Shown: piece by piece, positions 59,615 through 64,000 of the stretch | How positions within the stretch are numbered: position 1 is the first letter of the stretch | Layout of the letters: each line of letters starts with the position of its first letter | Source of the DNA: Spirochaetota bacterium | Lineage (GTDB): Bacteria > Spirochaetota > UBA4802 > UBA5550 | Length of the DNA: 64,000 nt | Direction: 5' to 3' | Assembly: GCA_050298055.1 (NCBI GenBank) | Contig: JBNKTL010000019.1 | Location: 1-64,000, forward strand | Notes under the pieces: generated by a model | Told to the model about the DNA's origin: nothing | Seen by the model: the letters and a program-made list of their open reading frames with translations, nothing else | Database searches by the model: none | Translations under genes and position numbers: made by a program

Positions 59615-60574
59615 ATGCTTGTAAAACTCTGGGGTGTAAGAGGATCCATCCCATCTCCATTAGGGAATGCCGAATATAAACAGAAAATTAACAGAATGCT
59701 GGAACATGCAGTCCGGCAGGGATTAAAGGACGTATCCGAAATTCCCGGTTTCATTAACAGCCTTCCAGATGACCTGAAATTCATTTACGGGGGAAATACA
59801 ACCTGTGTAACTGTCACTTCTGATTCGGGCAAAACTTATATCCTGGACTGTGGGACGGGTATAAGAAATCTCGGCTATGATCTTATGAAGGGGCCCTGCG
59901 GTGAAGGAAAAGGTATCCTCGACATTTTTCTTACTCACAACCACTGGGACCATATCCAGGGGCTTCCCTTTTTTACACCAATTTATATAAAGGGAAACAT
60001 TCTCAATTTCTATTCTCCCTACGATAACCAGGAAGAATATCTTAAAACACAGCAGTCTTTTCCTTTTTTTCCCGGGCTCTGGGAACAGACCCCATCGGAA
60101 AAAGTTATCCATAAGCTTGACAGTGAAAATTTTACACCTCTTGAAATTGAGAAAGACCTTCTGGTTGATTTTTACCCTCTCAACCATCCCTTCGGAAGCT
60201 ACGCATACAGGTTCAGGTATAAAAATAAGACATTTATACTGGCTACAGATGCTGAGTTTACAGGAGAGGTCCTGGAGCAGATAGGTGATCAGACAGACTT
60301 TTTCTTCAATGCAGACCTGCTTATCCTTGATTCACAGTATACTCTTCAGGAGTCATTCCTGAAAATTGCATGGGGACATACAAGCTATACCATGGCGGTA
60401 AACTGCGGTGTCCGATGGGGTATTAAAAACCTGGTTCTCACTCATCATGAACCTGCATACTCTGATTCCCGGCTCTATGAAATCCACAAAATGGCCCTTG
60501 AACACAGTCAGCTTATTCACAATGACTCTACAAAAATACATATGGCCAAAGAAGGAATGGCCTTTAAACTTTAA
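59615..60574 (+). CDS. MBL-fold metallo-hydrolase
   Basis: WGVRGSIP, YGGNT, THNHWDH, WGH, HHEP. Confidence 0.92.
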   Translation: MLVKLWGVRGSIPSPLGNAEYKQKINRMLEHAVRQGLKDVSEIPGFINSLPDDLKFIYGGNTTCVTVTSDSGKTYILDCGTGIRNLGYDLMKGPCGEGKGILDIFLTHNHWDHIQGLPFFTPIYIKGNILNFYSPYDNQEEYLKTQQSFPFFPGLWEQTPSEKVIHKLDSENFTPLEIEKDLLVDFYPLNHPFGSYAYRFRYKNKTFILATDAEFTGEVLEQIGDQTDFFFNADLLILDSQYTLQESFLKIAWGHTSYTMAVNCGVRWGIKNLVLTHHEPAYSDSRLYEIHKMALEHSQLIHNDSTKIHMAKEGMAFKL

Positions 60575-60582
60575 TCTCTACA

Positions 60583-61416
60583 ATGAACCATTCCCCGGAT
60601 AAAATGAAATCACCGGCAAAAATAACCAGGATTGCGGCATTTTTTATTATAGCTTCACTCACGGTTCCATTAGTCCAACTCAGAGCACAGAGGACTAAAT
60701 CAAGTCTCCGTGCGGGACAGCAGCGTTATGCAGAAAAGGGTCTCAAGGACAACAGGTATTTTTTCTATTTCATAAACTCATCTCTATCAAACTTCGGCGT
60801 GGAGAAAGATCAAAGAATCTATAAGGAAGCCGTATTGAGGGACATCCTGTCACAGCTGCTCTACATGAAATTCCTCTTCACAGAGTCCTTTGAGCAGATA
60901 AGAGAATCACAGGAGATACTCATAGGCCTCTACAGGAATACCATTATAAGGGACATCAGGATAACCATGAAGCTTCTTAACGACTACGCTCCCCGGGTTA
61001 TCAAGTCAAAGGATGACAAGGCCAGGCTTTATTTAAGACTCGGGTACAGGGACTCTGCTGTTGCAAAACAGTACATGATCATGGCGGATAACTACAGGGA
61101 AAAACTCTACTCCCTGAGACTCTACAAATATGTAAAGGCAATCAAAAAGGCAAAACATGGCAAGCGCTATGCATTTCTTTCCGCCATACAGTGCAGGCTC
61201 AAAGACAAGGAGAAAGTCATTGGCCTCAGGTGGAAGTCCTTTGATGATCTTGAGAAACTACTTGTCAGATTTTACCCGGAAAGGATAGAATTTCTTCGAA
61301 AAATCCATTACGACAACTACTATCGAACAGCCGGGAAGAAATCTCTCTATGATAGTGTATGGGAAAATCCGGATTTCCATGAACTTCCTGACTATGAAAA
61401 ATACATGAAAAAATAG
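60583..61416 (+). CDS. Exported helical protein, Leptospira OmpL37-like
   Basis: Signal peptide. FINSSLSNFG, YLRLGYRD and IHYDNY resemble the OmpL37 family. Confidence 0.5.
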   Translation: MNHSPDKMKSPAKITRIAAFFIIASLTVPLVQLRAQRTKSSLRAGQQRYAEKGLKDNRYFFYFINSSLSNFGVEKDQRIYKEAVLRDILSQLLYMKFLFTESFEQIRESQEILIGLYRNTIIRDIRITMKLLNDYAPRVIKSKDDKARLYLRLGYRDSAVAKQYMIMADNYREKLYSLRLYKYVKAIKKAKHGKRYAFLSAIQCRLKDKEKVIGLRWKSFDDLEKLLVRFYPERIEFLRKIHYDNYYRTAGKKSLYDSVWENPDFHELPDYEKYMKK

Positions 61417-61426
61417 TGATTCCGTT

Positions 61427-63703
61427 GTGAGACTGCAGATAATTTTCACAATAACCCTTGTTCTTTCCTGCTCGGGGAATTCTCCGGGGGAAAATCTCTC
61501 CAGAACAGGTTTCACTATACCTTCCAAAGAGATAATAAAAATCTACAGCGGCAGAAAACTCTCATACCATGAACACTTCGTAGTAGCATCAGCTTTAAAA
61601 AAGGAAAAAAGATACCTCGAATCTGTTTTCCATTACCTGAATAGCTGTTACACAAAAGCTCCGTTTGAGAAAAATCTGAAATTATTCAACAGTAAAATTT
61701 TACGGTCCCTTGAAACCGAAAATGGGAGAACAGAGCTCTTTGAGGATGCCGCATACGAAATTGCTGATATTACTTACAGGTACAGAAGATACAGCGAAAC
61801 CGTGAAAATTCTGAAACAGCTTTCTGAAAATAAATCGGGTCTCCACCTGGATGCCGTTCTCCTCAAAGCAGAAGCATATAAAAAGCTGAAGATGCCTGAG
61901 AAGGGAATGGATGTTCTGAAAAAAGCACTGACCCTCTATAACGACATCCCTGCAGTATCCTTTTTGAGGATACGGATTGCATCAATCCATGAAAAAAAGG
62001 AGAAGTGGGATTCTGCGTTCAGGGAATACCTTAAAATCGTGGAACTTGATGATAAGAGCTGGCAGGCCAGGGCAGCTTCAGGAAGAATCAGCAGTATCTT
62101 AAAGGGCAAAGAGATAAGTCCCGGGAACAGAAAAGAACTCTTTCTCACCGCAAAGGCCCTCTCCATAAATAGAGAGTATGAAAAGTCCCTGTCTCTCATA
62201 GAGAGAGGAGGATACTCAGGAAAAAAAGAATATCTTCACCTGGCGGTTAAAAACCTCTGCCGTACCGGAAAAGAAAAAAGTCTTTTGTCCCTCTTGAGTC
62301 AGAAGAGAGAGAAAAAATTTATTCTTGAACTTAAAAAAACAGCCGCCGCTGAATACGGGAAAATGAAAAAGAGGAAAAATTCCATTGCCCTTTACTCGCA
62401 GATTGCCGTCTCGGGCACTGAACCCTATAAGAAAGACGCCCTCAAGAAAATTGCCCGGTATTATTCACTGAATGAGAAGAGCATGGGAAGCATGTTCATT
62501 ACAAAATTTTATAAGAGTTATCCCGAAGACCCGCTGTCAGGGAAATTGCTCTGGCTGAAGGGAAAATCAGCTTTACAGAAAGAAGACTATCGGAAAGCAG
62601 CAGGATTTTTGGAACAATCTCTTAAGATATCACCGGGAGGGAGCTACTCCGAAAACTGCAGGTTCTGGCTCTACAAGATCTACTCCAAACAAAAAAAGAG
62701 CAGCAGGGCAACAGCAATTCTCCAGGATATTGTCCTGAAAAATCCCGGCTCATCATATACAATGATCCTTCTTAAGAGGCTTCTTAAGGGAATGTCAATT
62801 CATGAAATTAAAAAATCTTTTGGCAAAACAGGAATCGGTTCAAAAAATGATCAGAGACTCTTTTATTACTCACTCATTTATTTTAAAAATGCAGAGATTT
62901 CTCAAAAGATAAAGTCACCTGGTTTTAGAATATCTGATAAAATCGGGAAATACAGAAAAGCCTACAGCGATATCACAGGATTTGCCATAAAATCTTCCCG
63001 GAGAAAGAGAATTGAAAAACTTGAACACTATTTCAGAATCGGATATAACCGTGGGCTTAAGCGTGAAATCTACAGGCTCAGAAACGAAAACATTGATCCG
63101 GAAAACCTCTCTCTTGCCCTGTCACACTTCGGACTTAAGTATTCAAATTACTACTACTTGGCATACTATTCCCTCCTCACACTAAAAAATCGAAAACTTG
63201 CGGTGGATCCCTTTTTCATGCCCCGGAAGTTTTTGAAAATACTCTACCCCGCTCCTTATAAGGAATGTATGAGGAATATAAGCAGAAAATACCGGCTTGA
63301 GAAAAATATGCTCTATTCTCTTATACGAGCAGAATCATTCTACAGGACCAGCGCGGTGTCACGGTCAGGTGCAGTGGGACTTATGCAGCTTCTTCCATCC
63401 ACCTCAAGAGATATCGCCAGAAAACTTAAACTGAAAAATTTTACTCTTATGGATCCCTGCACATCACTTGAGATTGGATCAAACTATATTAACTGGTTAA
63501 AAAAATATGTGGGAGACACCAGGACTAAAATCCTCGCTGCTTACAATGCCGGACCGGGACGGGTAAGGAGCTGGAAAATCCTGATGGAACAAAACAGTGA
63601 CCCGGACTTTGCCATAGAGTTAATCCCTTATGATGAAACGAGAAGTTACGTACTCAGGATCAATAAATATATTGAATACTACAGGATGATATACGACCGA
63701 TAA
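61427..63703 (+). CDS. Soluble lytic transglycosylase (Slt-like) lipoprotein with a TPR region
   Basis: LIRAESF, GAVGLMQL, AAYNAGPG, PYDETRSYV; N-terminal VLSC. Confidence 0.9.
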   Translation: MRLQIIFTITLVLSCSGNSPGENLSRTGFTIPSKEIIKIYSGRKLSYHEHFVVASALKKEKRYLESVFHYLNSCYTKAPFEKNLKLFNSKILRSLETENGRTELFEDAAYEIADITYRYRRYSETVKILKQLSENKSGLHLDAVLLKAEAYKKLKMPEKGMDVLKKALTLYNDIPAVSFLRIRIASIHEKKEKWDSAFREYLKIVELDDKSWQARAASGRISSILKGKEISPGNRKELFLTAKALSINREYEKSLSLIERGGYSGKKEYLHLAVKNLCRTGKEKSLLSLLSQKREKKFILELKKTAAAEYGKMKKRKNSIALYSQIAVSGTEPYKKDALKKIARYYSLNEKSMGSMFITKFYKSYPEDPLSGKLLWLKGKSALQKEDYRKAAGFLEQSLKISPGGSYSENCRFWLYKIYSKQKKSSRATAILQDIVLKNPGSSYTMILLKRLLKGMSIHEIKKSFGKTGIGSKNDQRLFYYSLIYFKNAEISQKIKSPGFRISDKIGKYRKAYSDITGFAIKSSRRKRIEKLEHYFRIGYNRGLKREIYRLRNENIDPENLSLALSHFGLKYSNYYYLAYYSLLTLKNRKLAVDPFFMPRKFLKILYPAPYKECMRNISRKYRLEKNMLYSLIRAESFYRTSAVSRSGAVGLMQLLPSTSRDIARKLKLKNFTLMDPCTSLEIGSNYINWLKKYVGDTRTKILAAYNAGPGRVRSWKILMEQNSDPDFAIELIPYDETRSYVLRINKYIEYYRMIYDR

Positions 63704-63736
63704 TTATTCTGTTTATAATTTCCAGCGGTCAATGAG

Positions 63737-63765
63737 TTGACATAAAAACAACTATTTGATAAATT
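63737..63765 (+). promoter_or_regulatory. Candidate sigma70 promoter
   Basis: TTGACA-17 nt-TAAATT with an extended TG, only 7 nt before ATG 63773. Confidence 0.4.
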
Positions 63766-63772
63766 TTATCAT

Positions 63773-64000
63773 ATGAAAAGAGAAAGAACTATCAGGCTGA
63801 TCTTTCCCCTGTTCATCTTTATTTTTTTCTCTGTTTTGAAACTCTCTGCATATGAGATAGGGAAAATAATACAGTCAGAAGGTAAAATTGAGAGGTCCTC
63901 CATCACAACCGGAAAACGGTATCCTGTAAAAATCGGAGGATCGGTACGATACGGACAAAGGATAAGAGTCGGCAAAGACTCTCTTCTGGAAATCCTTCTC
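63773..64000 (+). CDS. Exported protein, FecR-like N-terminus (truncated by the window; absent from the ORF track)
   Basis: MKRERTIRLIFPLFIFIFFSVLKLSAYEIGKIIQSEGKIERS..GGSVRYGQRIRVGKDSLLEILL, open to the window end. Confidence 0.65.
   Translation, partial: MKRERTIRLIFPLFIFIFFSVLKLSAYEIGKIIQSEGKIERSSITTGKRYPVKIGGSVRYGQRIRVGKDSLLEILL

Noticed and set aside
3366..63975. Numerous short ORF-track entries overlapping assigned genes (e.g. 3366-3836, 28485-29069, 36902-37381, 54617-55142, 63769-63975)
   Set aside because: Antisense or out-of-frame shadows of genes with clear motifs; no recognisable domains.
1..64000. CRISPR array, tRNA/rRNA, prophage, integron
   Set aside because: No regularly spaced direct repeats, RNA-gene signatures, phage genes or integrase were seen.

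Overview
64 kb of bacterial chromosome, most likely from an anaerobic spirochaete (inferred from LipL46-like and OmpL37-like proteins and a spirochaete-type HDOD protein). 1-637: left part of an IS5-like element inserted directly against a TAG stop codon. 638-31324: a large, mostly minus-strand, AT-rich mosaic surface-glycan locus. It holds a complete wbpD-A-B-E-I pathway for UDP-2,3-diacetamido-uronic acids, its own PAPS supply (cysC/cysD/cysN) with a sulfotransferase, two amidotransferases, a deacetylase, a methyltransferase, a B12 radical SAM enzyme, two flippases, two GT-C-like membrane proteins, one GT2 and two decayed genes. 31.6-64 kb: higher-GC backbone with hicBA, a HEAT-repeat protein carrying an apparently dead nucleotidyl-cyclase domain, ruvB, larBC, signalling and envelope genes, and several REP/MITE-like palindromes. 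The highlight is an intact mercury-methylation locus, hgcA-hgcB (44508-46010), headed by a Cys-rich MarR regulator (not the usual ArsR) with a candidate palindromic operator. No rRNA, tRNA or CRISPR array was recognised. All family assignments come from motif recognition by eye, not database searches.
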